NCBI GenBank assembly: GCA_964270895.1
Contig: OZ185439.1
Origin: Podarcis filfolensis
Taxonomy: Eukaryota
Strand: one strand, 5' to 3'
Length of the DNA: 64,000 nucleotides
Positions 24,371 through 37,600 of this stretch are shown piece after piece. The stretch's first letter is position 1; the number at the start of each line of letters is the position of its first letter. The notes beneath the pieces are model-generated. The model ran no database searches and was not told where the DNA came from. It saw only the letters and a list, made by a program, of their open reading frames with translations. Both the position numbers and the translations under genes were made by a program.

Positions 24371-25560
24371 CATTGCAAGTGAGGAAAGGAAAAACCTCTA
24401 CCAACTACTTTTACGGCAGTAGAACCTCTGAAGACTACTGTTCTTGGCAATCTTGAGATCACTTTAGGAAATTAATGTTTTTAACAATTCTAGACTTTTG
24501 AATTGTTTGTTTTTAAATTGTGGAAGTGTTTGCCACCCTGGCCTTCTTCAATAAAACATACAAACGGTCTGAATTCACAAGGTTAGGTGCCTATGTTTTT
24601 CAAGGTATAACCAGAACATCAAGAATATTTTGTAACTTGTTTATTGGAATTGTGACTTGGAAATCATTCTTTCCCTCTTTCCATGGATGATGCAAAACAT
24701 GATTTAAACAGGACCACACAATGTGCTTGTATAAACTGAGATACTTGATATACAGAACGCTTGTCAGAAGCCACTAATTTGAAATGAACATATTCACAGC
24801 CTATGAGCAAATGTCCCATTTATATGCTATTATTCACAGTAGCCGAGAACGTACAATTATGAAAATCTGCATAAGGTGTAAAGTACATAGGAGGCAACCA
24901 ATACACCACCCCAAGTGTATGGTGGAGTGTCTCTGGAAGTCTGCTTTTAGTCAATGGGCAGATTTCATGTAAAGTGTCCAATCAGCACGAGGGTTTTCAC
25001 TCATGCAATTGAGCTTTCTTTTTTCTCTTTCCTCTGCCCCCCACCTGAAATTGGCTCAGGGGCGTCAGAAGAATTCCCAGAACAACACATAGGGGATTAG
25101 TCTGTCTGGCAGGTTGCAACGCTTGCACTGACCATAACCCGACACTGAAATCTACCCTGGATTTCTGAAGGGAACTTAGGTGCAATGAAAACTGCATCTG
25201 GATTATAGCAACATTGCTTACATTAAATATGAGACTTAATTAGAAGGCAACAAAACACCTAATGCTTCATTATTACTATTTCTAAAACTTAAAAAATATA
25301 AGCTCACATTTATCGGGGTAAGATTAGACAAGGTGTTAACTGTGCTAGACAGCTACTATTACTGTCCATTTTAATTCGTATTTAGCACCACTGTTAATAC
25401 AGTATAAAGGCATACATTAAGTGTCTTACAGGCCAGAGCTGAATGTGACTTCTAATCCCAATGAATGTTACACCCACTGACAATAAGTTTTCATTTTAGA
25501 GATGTCATTTCTGCAAAATAGCATAATATCAAATACACATAGCCTTAAAATCCATCAGTT

Positions 25561-25686
25561 CTACAACTGGAGACTCCTTTTAATGCAAGCAGTGAGATCC
25601 TCTGGAGTTGGGCTACTGGCAATGCAGCTCACTGAGACGCCTTGAGCAGTTATAGCTTCAGCTGTTGTTGGACCTATAGCAGCAAA
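25561..25686 (-). CDS. UROS: UROS terminal coding exon [16 protein letters not shown]...KRSLQL*
   Basis: tcatttcag acceptor; TAG at 25561-25563. Confidence 0.95.
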   Translation of the reverse strand, partial: FAAIGPTTAEAITAQGVSVSCIASSPTPEDLTACIKRSLQL

Positions 25687-28600
25687 CTGAAATGACACTC
25701 GTGTTAACACAGTAGAGACCGATACAGTATTGACTTCAGCTCTTGCTATGTCAGCCAGCTGCCTGATAACATTTCCCCATGTAGATCAACATTCTAGCCT
25801 TTCAGAAATGTATTCCAAACTCATGTATGTATGTGGTTTTGGATCAAGGGCTAAAATGCATCCCTTTTCATTGGTCTTCAAGTTGCAATAAAGGTCTATT
25901 GAACTTGTTTTCTCATACCAATGAAGTTTGGACTAATAAATGTCAACCTACCCTCTTTAACTTACGTCTGGTACCAATAGCCAGCCTTGTAATTACATAC
26001 CAAGCAAGTTCGTACTACTAGTTCAAAATTCAAGTAGGGCAAGAAATTAAGCCCCATCTTAATATATGCTGTGTTCATGCTCAAACTATAGAATGGCTTT
26101 GCTCACATGTCGTATTACCCTTCTTTAATGGTTTAATGTGAACATGCTAGTCTCTCCTGTTTTGCTCCTCCTTGTTGGACCCACTTGGTTTAGCATTACA
26201 TCCAGACCAGATATCATGGTTTGTCCTGCTCCAAGTGTAAACTATTACTAGACTGGGATTGTGGTGCAGCTGGACAACTCTTTGCACACCGCCCCCACTA
26301 TTTATCCCAGGGTGAAAGCAGCTATTGATGCCAATAGTGTTTTCAGGATGGTGACTTTCATCAGAACTGCAACATGGGTGGAAAAATATGATCTCCCTCT
26401 CTCTTTGTGTTGTGGCCTCAATACAAATCTCCACCCCCACTCGGGTGGTAAAATATAAACACATGCGAATATGCACTCAATGTCACAAGTGGTTGATAAT
26501 TCATATTCTGCAAACAGTGAAGTGAAGAAATAAATCAAGTGAAATGGTGTTGCCTTCCAATGGCGTGCATGCCTTTGCTTCTTCTTTTCCCTGCAGTTAT
26601 TCCATAATGGTTGTATATCAAACTCTCATTACTGTTTGGTTGCTAACACACTGAAACATCCATAGATTAATGTGATTCTGAGTCAGTAAATAAGTTCTGT
26701 ATCCCTCGACACTATAGGAAAAACATGTCCCCCAATTCATAAAGTGTCTTTCTACAAAGGATATTAAGGCAATTGACAGTGAACAGTTGCCACCCACAGC
26801 ACAAAGTTAAGAGACAGAAAAGCTTAAAGCAAAATGATAATCAGGAATCCAAGACCCTTGAATCAGAATTCTGTTTGAACCAAATGCAATATTACCTCTC
26901 CAACAGATTTGTACCTTAATTTGGGAAAAGAGATCACCAGCCAATTCCTGAATCTGCTTCATACAATATTTGACGCCAGATGGACTGAAAAACGTGATAC
27001 TTGCAGGAATACCCTGTGGAAAAATATTTAAAAGAGAAGGAGAGCTGATATTTCTTCCTGGTTGAATCTCTTGATGTATGTTCAACCAGGGTTGTTTTTT
27101 TGTTTTGTATTCACCATGGCCACTTTGCAGCTTAAAAGTCGGTTCTGAAGTTGCTGCAGTAGATATTACAGCTAGCCGAGGGCTCTTACCACATGTACAT
27201 ATAGCAACACAACATCACATTTCATTTGCTGTTTTGCCCAAGAATGCATGAAGTTTGATTTTTCCAGTTTGATTGGGAGGAGGTCACTAGAAGACCAGGC
27301 TAATGTTTCCTGAAAGAAGTCCTTTTTATTCCTGTCTACAAACAGTTCCTCATAGTAACATAGTTACTTGAAGTTTTGCTCATGAACCTCACATTTCTAA
27401 TTGTAATAGGCAACTGTGTAGCTTGGATTCTACAGTCAAGATCCCACAGCCAATATAACCTCTCCTTTCTAATGCACTTTTAAACAAACAAAAATCCTTC
27501 AAGGGCTTCCTTCTAAACTTACTCTGGGCTACTAATCCAACACCAAGTATATGTTCCACAAATGACCATGCAGAGTCAAGCATTCAGTTGTGTGGAAGAC
27601 AGCCTGCTGTGGCATAAAAAATATACGTGAGCTAGAGAACTAATCTCAACAATGGCATTAGAGGAAGATCTCTCCTAAAAGTATTCAGCATGGAAAAAAC
27701 AGCATCCCTTCAAAATTCCTACTTCCCACTGAGGGGCACGGGCGGAGATGGTGCAAATGAACAACCTGTGTTAATCCTTTACATTCAACAGTGTGAATTC
27801 CCTTAGAACAATAAATGCTTTACTGCAGAAAGGAAAAAAAAGATTTTTCTACAAAAAAGTTTTAGGAAGTACAAGATGAAGCCAATAAGATATAACCTCA
27901 AGTCCACCTAATTGGCAGCAGCCCCATTTATTTTAGTAAAGGTAAAGGGACCCCTGACCATTAGGTCCAGTTGTGGCCAACTCTGGGGTTGCGGCGCTCA
28001 TCTCGCTTTATTGGTCGAGGGAGCCGGCGTACAGCTTCTGGGTCATGTGGCCAGCATGACCACTTTATTTTAGTACTTTACTTTAGTAGGACCCTTCTAA
28101 TTCTAGATCACTGCCATAACCCCTAAAAAACCCCCATGAAGCTGGGAACAAAACACACAAGTTACCTGGCAGGTAAGATTATTTGATTTCTTTCTGTGAG
28201 TGCATCTAAAATAGGTTGAACATCTCAATTGCAGGAGGAAAAACGATATATGTCTATACCATAAGTGTGGTAAGAAATGTTCAAGGATTATATAACATAA
28301 AACCATCAATAGGTTTAAGAGCTATTGTGTTTCGTATCACAAAAATGTCTGGGGACCACTTCCATTTTTATCAAACAAATGCATTATATCTAAGATGACT
28401 AAAAGCACAGCCAGAGGAATTCTGCCTCCACAGCTAGGGGAGGGGGCTGGAGAAATTGCTTAAGCAGCTTGCTGGTTGTCCTTGGCAATAGTAACTTAAC
28501 AGACAACCAAGGGAACGTAATAAAATTTATCATAATGTAGATAAATGCTCACTTGGGAAGTGAGATACCTGTTGTGAGAAATAATTCCTCAAGGAGTCTT

Positions 28601-31600
28601 GAAGATTAAGATGTTGAGTAGTTTGGTAAACAGTAAGGCCCTCTAGTGCAATGCCTGCAACAAAAACAGTGAAATATATTAGTGATTAAGCTTATCGGTT
28701 TCAGTTAAATCAAAACACAAACATTTAAACTGATGTCATACTGAGCATTAATACTAACATGGATGGGTATCTAGCATATGCTGCCCCAAATCTAAAAAAA
28801 CAACCACCTCTGTGTTTTGACAACAAAATTATTTGGGGAAAAAATATTTTAAAGGTTTATTGTCATTTACAATAAACATGCAAAGACTTGCTAATCAAAG
28901 CATATGAGATAAACCGAACAAAAATCCCACACAACACTATGTACAAGTCTGGTGTAGTGGTTAGGAGAGGTGGACTTGTAATCTGGTGAATTGCATTTGC
29001 TTCCCCACTCCTCCACATGCAGCTGCTGGGTGACCTTGGGCTAGTCACACTTCTCTGAAGTCTCTCAGCCTCACTCACCTCACAGAGTGTTTGTTGTGGG
29101 GGAGGAAGGGAAAGGAGATTGTTAGCCGCTTTGAGACTCCTTAGGGTAGTGATAAAGCGGGATATCAAATCCAAACTCCTCCTCTTCTTCTACTTGAATA
29201 TTTTTCAAGGGCTAAAAAATGCAGGCACTGTAACTGAATATGCTATGCCAAAATAGCATGCTGAGTCATCATCACCAACCCCAGGAACCATCTTAATCGA
29301 TTGTTGTGCTTGCCAGAGAAATGGGTGAGGATGACTTATTGTATATGGGGATGATGTATAGGTTCACTTACGCACCACTCTTCTGACTTCAACAAACATT
29401 GGGCACACACTGAGACTTTGCAGGCTGCATTAGGATGAACTTGCCCCTTGGACTGATCCAGGTTGTCACAGAAAGAGAATCAACATAAACTACCCAGTAG
29501 CACCACTGAGATGGCAATGTTTGATGGAGCCCACAAGTATGCAAAGCCGGTTATTGGTCTGATAATCGGCACTGTCTCTCATGCACTCTGCGTTCCTCAA
29601 ATTGAAGGACCAAACTTCAAAAATACTTTAAATGATTTAAATCAAACCTTTCCCACTGAGCATGGTTGGAAGTGTTTCCCTTTTGAGAGCCCCGCAAGGA
29701 AAAAACAAAGGCAATGAATTGGGTGACTCCCCTGTTTGAAAAAATAAAAATATATTTAATTCATGAGGTCATTTTAAGCACAAAGTCCCCTAAATAATAC
29801 TTTTAAACCATCACACTACAAACACACAGTGAAAAGTATGATATGTGTTACTTGCACCCTTAAGACTACTGAAAATAAAGTTCAAGGCACATAGGTGTTT
29901 CACATACAGCAGAAGCTCTATAGCCCTTTTTTATATTTTTAAAAAACAGGTTTCCATTGCCAAGGCATGGATATTTTGGCTAAAGAGTTCTGGCAAAAAG
30001 ATAAATTGCCTTGCTATGCTCCATTTCTTTGCTATTCAACAGAGAGCTACCAAGCACAATCCTTCCAATCATCTTAATAAGTTTTCTCCCTCCCCTTCAG
30101 TCACTTGGCATTCCTCATACTTGTTTAGCTATTTAAAGACTCATTTCAGCTGAATAAATTTGCTGTCTGACATTCCACACAAAGGAAAGGTCAAGGCTGT
30201 CGCAAGAAGGAACAGGGTGGTTTGAAAAGATGTTCCAGATACAAGTTGTCTTATTGGGGATATATAACACACCCATTTTCTGGTCTTTAAAATGGACATT
30301 CACTTTTTTGAACCCCTACAAGTTCTCTTAGGGGAACCATCACACAAATGTCCTCAGACAGACCTTCTTCTTGGAGAACAGTCATCCATCCTTGTATACA
30401 TTCATACAACATATTCCTACTAATATGTTTTTGTAAATCAATTTATGGAATTCACTGTTGCAAGATGTGCTGGTAGTCATTATCTTAGCTGATTCTAGAA
30501 ATGGATTAAGACACATTCATGGAAAGGAAGTCTATTATTTGGCCACAAAAACTATACCTCTGAATATCAGATGCTGGGGACAAAGAGAAGAGGGCTGTTG
30601 CCCTCATATCCTGCTTCCCAGAAGAATCTGTATGACCACTGTTGGAAATTCAATTCTAGACTACATGCAGCAGGGCTCTTATACAGTCGTACCTCGGATA
30701 TTGAACAGAATCCATTCCGGAAGTCCATTTGACTTCCGAAACATTTGACTTCCAAAATGTGGCTTCTGTTTGGCTGCAAGAAGCTCCTGCAGCCAATCGG
30801 AAGCCACGGAAGCACCGTCGGACATTCAGCTTCCAACTGAAGGAACACTCACTTCCGGTTTTCAATCATTCAAGCTGACTGTATTCTTATAATGGTCTGG
30901 TGTTTTCAAGAGGCTCATAGTTCACACTCCATTACCCAACCACAAGCAGAGAGATTATCCTGGAGCAGAGGAAGAGTGTGGTCCTTTGCCTAATGTGTAC
31001 AGCTTGCTTCTTCAGAACTGATTTAGGAAACACCAGGCAGAAATCACATGGCTCCTACTGAAACCTCATCTCTATTCTACTCATTCTTCTTAAAGGCACT
31101 GTTGTGCCCCCCAGCCCCACCCCCCAGCACTAGATAGATAATATAGATTTATGTATATATTTCTGTTGCGTGCTTGCACATTCAGGATCAGTGCATACAC
31201 ATATTAAGAAAACATGTGTTGCACTTCTGGAGAAATTGGAGGGGTAAAACAATTTAAAATTCTCTGGTCCTACTATTTCCAGAGGATTTGCTTTTTTCCA
31301 AATTATTTTTAAACCGGATAAAAGAAAACATGGTTTGGGGTGTTTATTTTAAATGCTACAAGTACATTCTTGCCTCTTTTTCTTAAGCTCCTGAGTTTCC
31401 TCCAGGGTGAAGAAAACAGGCTCATTCCAATAAAATCAAGCTAAGGCACCTTATTAGGAGTCTGCACAGATTTATCAGAATAACCTAATTGCAAACTGAA
31501 GTTTTATTAGGCACCACAGATATGTTAGTAATAAATTACAGGAAGCAACAAAGGGCTTGAGACAGAATACAGAGCGTTATTTTGAGAGATAAAAGCAAAA

Positions 31601-34600
31601 TATGTTAATATCAATCCTACCAAGGCTTGTGTCGGTTAATTGAAATGCCAATGTGATATCTGAAAAGTAATGCTAATCTTTTTAAACTTGTGTTTACAAA
31701 AAAGAAGAAGAAAAAGAAGAACAGCCTGATCGCTCTGGCCAATGTAAGAGGCACCAGCCCTGGCAGTATCTCCTTCTATAACAAATTATGCAGAGACATT
31801 AAATTCTAAAAGACCTTAAGATCTGTCTTGAGGAAAAAGACTAACACTACCTATTTAATTAAGGAGCCAGTTGATATATTTGCCCAAGCAACACACCCAA
31901 AGTCAGCTCTGAAGACAAGGAATCTTGAAAAACAATGCAACTATTTTCATACAGGTACTACAGGATTCTGGACTTTCCACTGTCAACCAGGATAGAAAAA
32001 TATGCATTCTGTATAGAGCATAACACGCCCCCCCTTTTTTAAAGAAAATGTGTATGACAATAGAAAATGATAAAACAATAACCCAATCGCTGAAAATTGT
32101 TATTCTGCTTACGAGAACAAATGTATTCAGCTAGTTTTTCAGCATTCCCAGAGCTCTCTCCTTGTGATGTGAGACCTATTTCAGCCACTGAAAGAAAAAG
32201 AGAAAAATGATTCCTTAGGATGAGTTGAAAGTTCTACTGAGTCAGTGAGGATATTCGTATTTTAAAAAATAGTTTGTAACATTATCATAAATCAATGTTT
32301 AAAATGCGCTTTATAGAGATACATACAAGTGAGAATTATAATTTGTTATCCAATGACTTGATCGACTTCATGGAAAACAACGCAACAGTACAGCCACGGA
32401 ACAAAACAGGATTCGCCTTTGTAGCTCAGATTCTGATAACTGGAACACTGCACCAAGGAGTGCACCAAATACCTTTTTGATCCATAGCAGCTGAAGCAAT
32501 ACAACACAAACAAAGGTATAGCAGCAGTGCTTTGCTTCCACTTCTGTTCAAGATACTCCTACATGAGCAGGGGTTCCACTGCCCATCTCTAAAAATTGCC
32601 TGTTAAATATGAATGTTTGCTAGTGTGTTGTAGGACTGGAATTAGAGAAACAGGTTCAAACTGCCATAAAGGGCAAGCTAGAAATGTGTTAAATGATAGT
32701 TTGCCCTTGAATCCTCCTCTCTCTCATTGTAGTAAGAAGGACACAAGTATTTTGTGTGTGTAAAGAGAAAGTAGGAGTTTGTGGTAGAATTAGGAGAGGG
32801 ATCTGTCTGGAAACCTAGGTTCAGAGTGGAAGGATTTAAATGTAAAAACCCAGCACCCTGTGTTGTGCCAGGAAGCATACTTGCAGCTCATGCAATCAAT
32901 TGAGCATTGGAATAACAAGTTCTCTCAATCTCACAGCAGAAACAAGGTGCACTGCAGCAGTTTACAGGAGCTGCAGTTTCCAAAACAGTCTTATTCAAAC
33001 CACATTACAGCCATGAGTCATAGAACAGCACAGCATATATACTCTCTGTTTCCACCTCCTGACCTGCACTGCTAAACCTGGAATTATGCAAAACTGATGG
33101 ACCTTTATAAAAGAGAATGAGCCGAGTGCCACCAGTGGTTGGTAACACCACACTAAATTCTCAGGTGGTCCATCCTGGAGGTTTCACACAGATATTAAGT
33201 GAAATCAAAAGCAGATAAAATGTCCAGAAGAACCAATGGGGCTGCACTTTCCCTGGAGGTCCCTAGACTGACCAGCAAAACCAGAGCAATATCTATTTTA
33301 TGCTCGAGTCAGACTGTCCCAGCAGGACTCAAAAAGGCCATGGAAACTCTCTTCACTTAAGAGTGTGCTCAGTTACCTTCTCAGAGAATGGAAAATTTGA
33401 ACGTGGACAATAATTTTAAAAAATATTCTGGGTCAGGGGAATTTTTTTTAAAAAAAGAAAACAGCTGTTTCTTTTAAAGAAGATGACATTCTGCCTACTT
33501 TGAGAAGGTCTTTAATCCTGAGAAAAAGAGGCCAGTTTCTTCCAGCACCCAAGGCCGTGATCCAAGATACACCTAACTGGGAGTAAGCCCAATGGGGCTT
33601 ACACCCAAACAGCCATGTGCCAGGCACCCTGTCCCATCCTCAAGCAAACCTAATCAGAAGTAATCCAATATATTTTCACAAGATGGTGAAGTTCAGTCTG
33701 CAAGTTCAGTTTCTATTGGCTAGAACCAATGGATCTACTGCCCCTTACAGCAAGCAGTCCAAAAGGGCTCCCAAGGGTATGCTGTCCTCCCAGACTTACT
33801 CACACCACCCACTGGTTTAAAGGACCTTGTTAGGTGGGCCTTCTATAGCTGCTCTTGCTCATATGATTGCTTGCTCCCTTGCTCCAATCCCAGAAACTTG
33901 TGCTTCCTGCCTTGACAACAACCTAGGCTGCTTATGGCTCAGCATTCTGGCATGAGTTTAGATTTGACCCACTTTCATTTCCTGGTCAGATGGCATACAA
34001 GCAACTTCTAAGATTTTTGCTGGCTGACAAATATTTTGACCATTAAGAAGTAAATAGTAGGGAACTAGAAATAAGCATCAGTATCTTTTGCAAAGTATGG
34101 TGTATAGCTTTTTATTAATATTTGTATAGGCCTTTTAAAAATGTGGCTTACCTAGTTCAGCTGTAGCTTTTCCCACCACATAAATGGATTTGGTATTCCA
34201 CTTTTCTCTCAGAGAATTTTTCCAAACTGTGAAACGTTAAAATTATGTGTAAGCATTTTGCAATACAGTATAAATACTAAAATGCTGATTTGGACATGCC
34301 CCACCAAAGAACGTTTATTTGAAAAATGTGTGGGCTCAGCAAAATATTAATAACTATTACTACAGTATAAATGTCAGTGACTATGCAAAGCAAACAAAAA
34401 TGTGTTTTTGTTCAGTACTCCAATATGCTGCGAAAATATGGCTGAATAGACGCTTCTTTCAGTTACTTGTCTGAAACTGCTTTCTTAATCCATATATCTG
34501 GAGTGCTTCCAGATGGGTGTTCATTGTGGGATGGGTGCTGCTCATGGACTCAGTTTTTTCACAGTGTCCACATGACGCTGCTGGCATCAAAATACTGACA

Positions 34601-37600
34601 TTAACACAGCACTGCTCAAAAGAAAAGGAAGCCAGGACATGTAATAAGTTCCTAAGCAATGCATTGAATTAATACCACCACTCATAGGTAACTGCATTAT
34701 CCCAGTACAAAAGGATGTGGTAGAAAGCTTCTGAAAATATCCGATCCAGTGACTCACTAGGATTGCAATCCTAACTCCACTTAACTGGGGCAAGTCCCAC
34801 TGAATTCTGTAAGTCTTCCTTTTGAATAGACATGGTTAGGGTTCTGCTGCAGGATGATAAACACTCCCCCCCCCCAAGAATGATGGAGAATTCTAATAGC
34901 CCTTCAACTGTTTATACACTCAATGGCTTATTTTGGGGGTGGGAATGCATTTTAAGGCATATATTTCGAGAGAAAACTATAAAATAATTCACCACATTTA
35001 ATGGTATTGTCTAAATTCCCACTTACCTTTTTTTTTAGTATTATCATCCAGACATAATCTGAAGGCTTCTACAGCTCTTGGGCTGGTAAAAATTAGTCCA
35101 GAATACTGTTGAGGGTGAAAAACCTATTCATCAACAAAAATTGAGAAAAATAAACGTAAGTTAACGATGATAAACCAAACACAATAAAAAGTCTTCCATC
35201 TGCTGCTTTTTAAAGCAAAGGCTCCTGGTGTCCTTAGTAGTATTTTCACCAAATTGTTACCGGTAAGTCCTGCATTAACAATACTGTTAAGTCTTTGTTT
35301 GTTTGTTTGTTTGTGTTTTCTATGGTCTGACTTCAACAGCAGCCTATCATTTTACGATAGAACTTTAACATGTTGGTAGCATGACTTACAGCTGACTTCA
35401 GGTCAGTAAGAAAACAATTGCTTGATGGGACTTCAGAATCCAAGACTCTGGAGTTGTCACTGAGTGTCCACAGCCTACTGTAAAGTTACCCTAGGATAGC
35501 AATAGATGTTATTGTGTGATTCATTGCCTAAAGTGAACTGTACCTTGAATAACTGACAAGTGAATTTTTGATATCACTGTCTGTATGCCTGCCTAGACAT
35601 ATTCTTTCATAAGGAGGAAACCATGTGTGTTTAAGTTGGGCAGCCTCAAGAACTCTAAATTTTGAGAATCCTTGTCGACAATAATAGACTCATTGCTTTC
35701 CCCACAACTAATGGGGCAGGAAAAATTATTGTGGAACATCATAATAACTGTTCAACTTTCTCTCGGCAGAATCAGTGAGGTGTAGAACAACAAACTACCG
35801 CTAAAAATCTGATGCTCTGCTCTGCTGAACTGAGGCAACAGCTTACAAGATTAGAAGAATGGACCTCAGCACCCGCAGATCAATACAAAAACTAGGTTCT
35901 AGCCTTAGCCTTTGTACACAAGACCACATTTTACCAGATGAAACTTGACGCCATAAAACATCCACAGTATGCTGTAGCAAATGGAGTTCTGGTGAAGCTT
36001 CCACCAGCTTCCCAGGGGTCTTGGTTTCCCCTACAAAGCTTAAATGATGCCAGTGATACTCAGCCAGAATATGTACATCAGGGATCACCAACATGGTGCC
36101 TTGCAGGTGTTGCTGGATTCCAACTTCCATCAAGCCCAGCCCTCATGGCCAATGATGAGGGATTATGGAAGCTGTGGCCCAGCAACATCTAGAGGCCACT
36201 AAGTTGGCTACACCTTATATAAACCCTCAATGTAATTATGTGTCCAAGTCAATTACCGTGATCCAAAAAAATAGCCCTAAACATGTAACTAGGGCTTTCC
36301 TATTGTAACCTATAGAAAGGAAAGGAGCTCTGTGCACTCTCAGAACTTCACTGGCCATAGCCAGCAAAGCAAACTCCAAGGACATTCAAGACTCTGGACT
36401 GTAGCTCACTATCTTGGAAATGTGAAAAAGCTTAGTCTGAAACAGAAATATTACTTAAGCTTAAAAATACCATTTATATATAATTCAGTTACATAGTTTA
36501 GATACTGATATGGCTTTATAGTCTAAGCCTTCAGCAAGCATCTACAATTCCAAATCCCATTATCAAGCATATTTGTTTGTATGCTTGTGTGTGTGTGTAT
36601 GTATACAGAAAGAGAGTGAGAGAGAAATCTCAAGATTTATGTTTCTTTTAAGCATCCCTTTAGAGTACTATTTATATAATGCAAGTGTAATTACAGAAAT
36701 AGCACCATCCGGACACTAGCTCAAGGGAACTATACCTGTGATCAACTGTGGCTCATAATCCTAGCTGTGGGCATAATCAGACTCAAAGCTGGCTCACTTA
36801 CTGATTGGTATTTTTTTCTACATCCCAGTCGCTTTGTTTTTGCAGCTGAAGGGTTTGGCAAGAGATATGCGAAACGAAAGATTGCGCTAATAACCTGCCC
36901 CAGAGTAACCTCCAAGAAAATAAAATGCTTTTCATGCATTTACAGTGTGCTAGGAAAGACACACCAGCTTCTATTCCCCTATTTAAATGGAGGTTAGCAG
37001 CTCTTTCCTTAGCTTCAGAAGCACGTGCTCAGCTAGTAATGAGGTTTAATTACTCAAATTTATAAACAAGTAATTAAAAAAAAAAATTCCTTTAATCCTG
37101 TGGCAGAAACAAGTGCCCTTGTCAAAATGGTAGCATCAAAGCAGGATCATCCACAGCTCGACTCATTGCTATTTTGTCATCACACTACTTAGTATTTAAA
37201 GCTCTGTTTCAGTGACTGACAGGCCCTATAAGACCATTCAGTTCACAAGCTCATAAACATACTGAAAAAAATATTCATTTAAGTCACTTAGATACCTAAA
37301 AAAGCAGGATTTTATTTTTTTTAAAAACTCTCCTATATTTTGATCTAGGTTGTCAGGGCACTAAATTCACCTTTGAGATCTAGGATGCAGCTTTAAACAT
37401 ATGTAAGTAGGAAGCAACCCTTAGGGCAATGAATGGGACCAACTTCCAATGAAGTATTCTTTGGAATGGAGTATAAAATGGTAAAAGAAATAGGGCTCTT
37501 ACAGTTCCATAATGCATGTGTTAACTGAGCGTCACATCTAAAAACCCCAAAACTGATAAACAAAAATCATATCCAAAGAGTATATCATTTCTTGCCAAAC

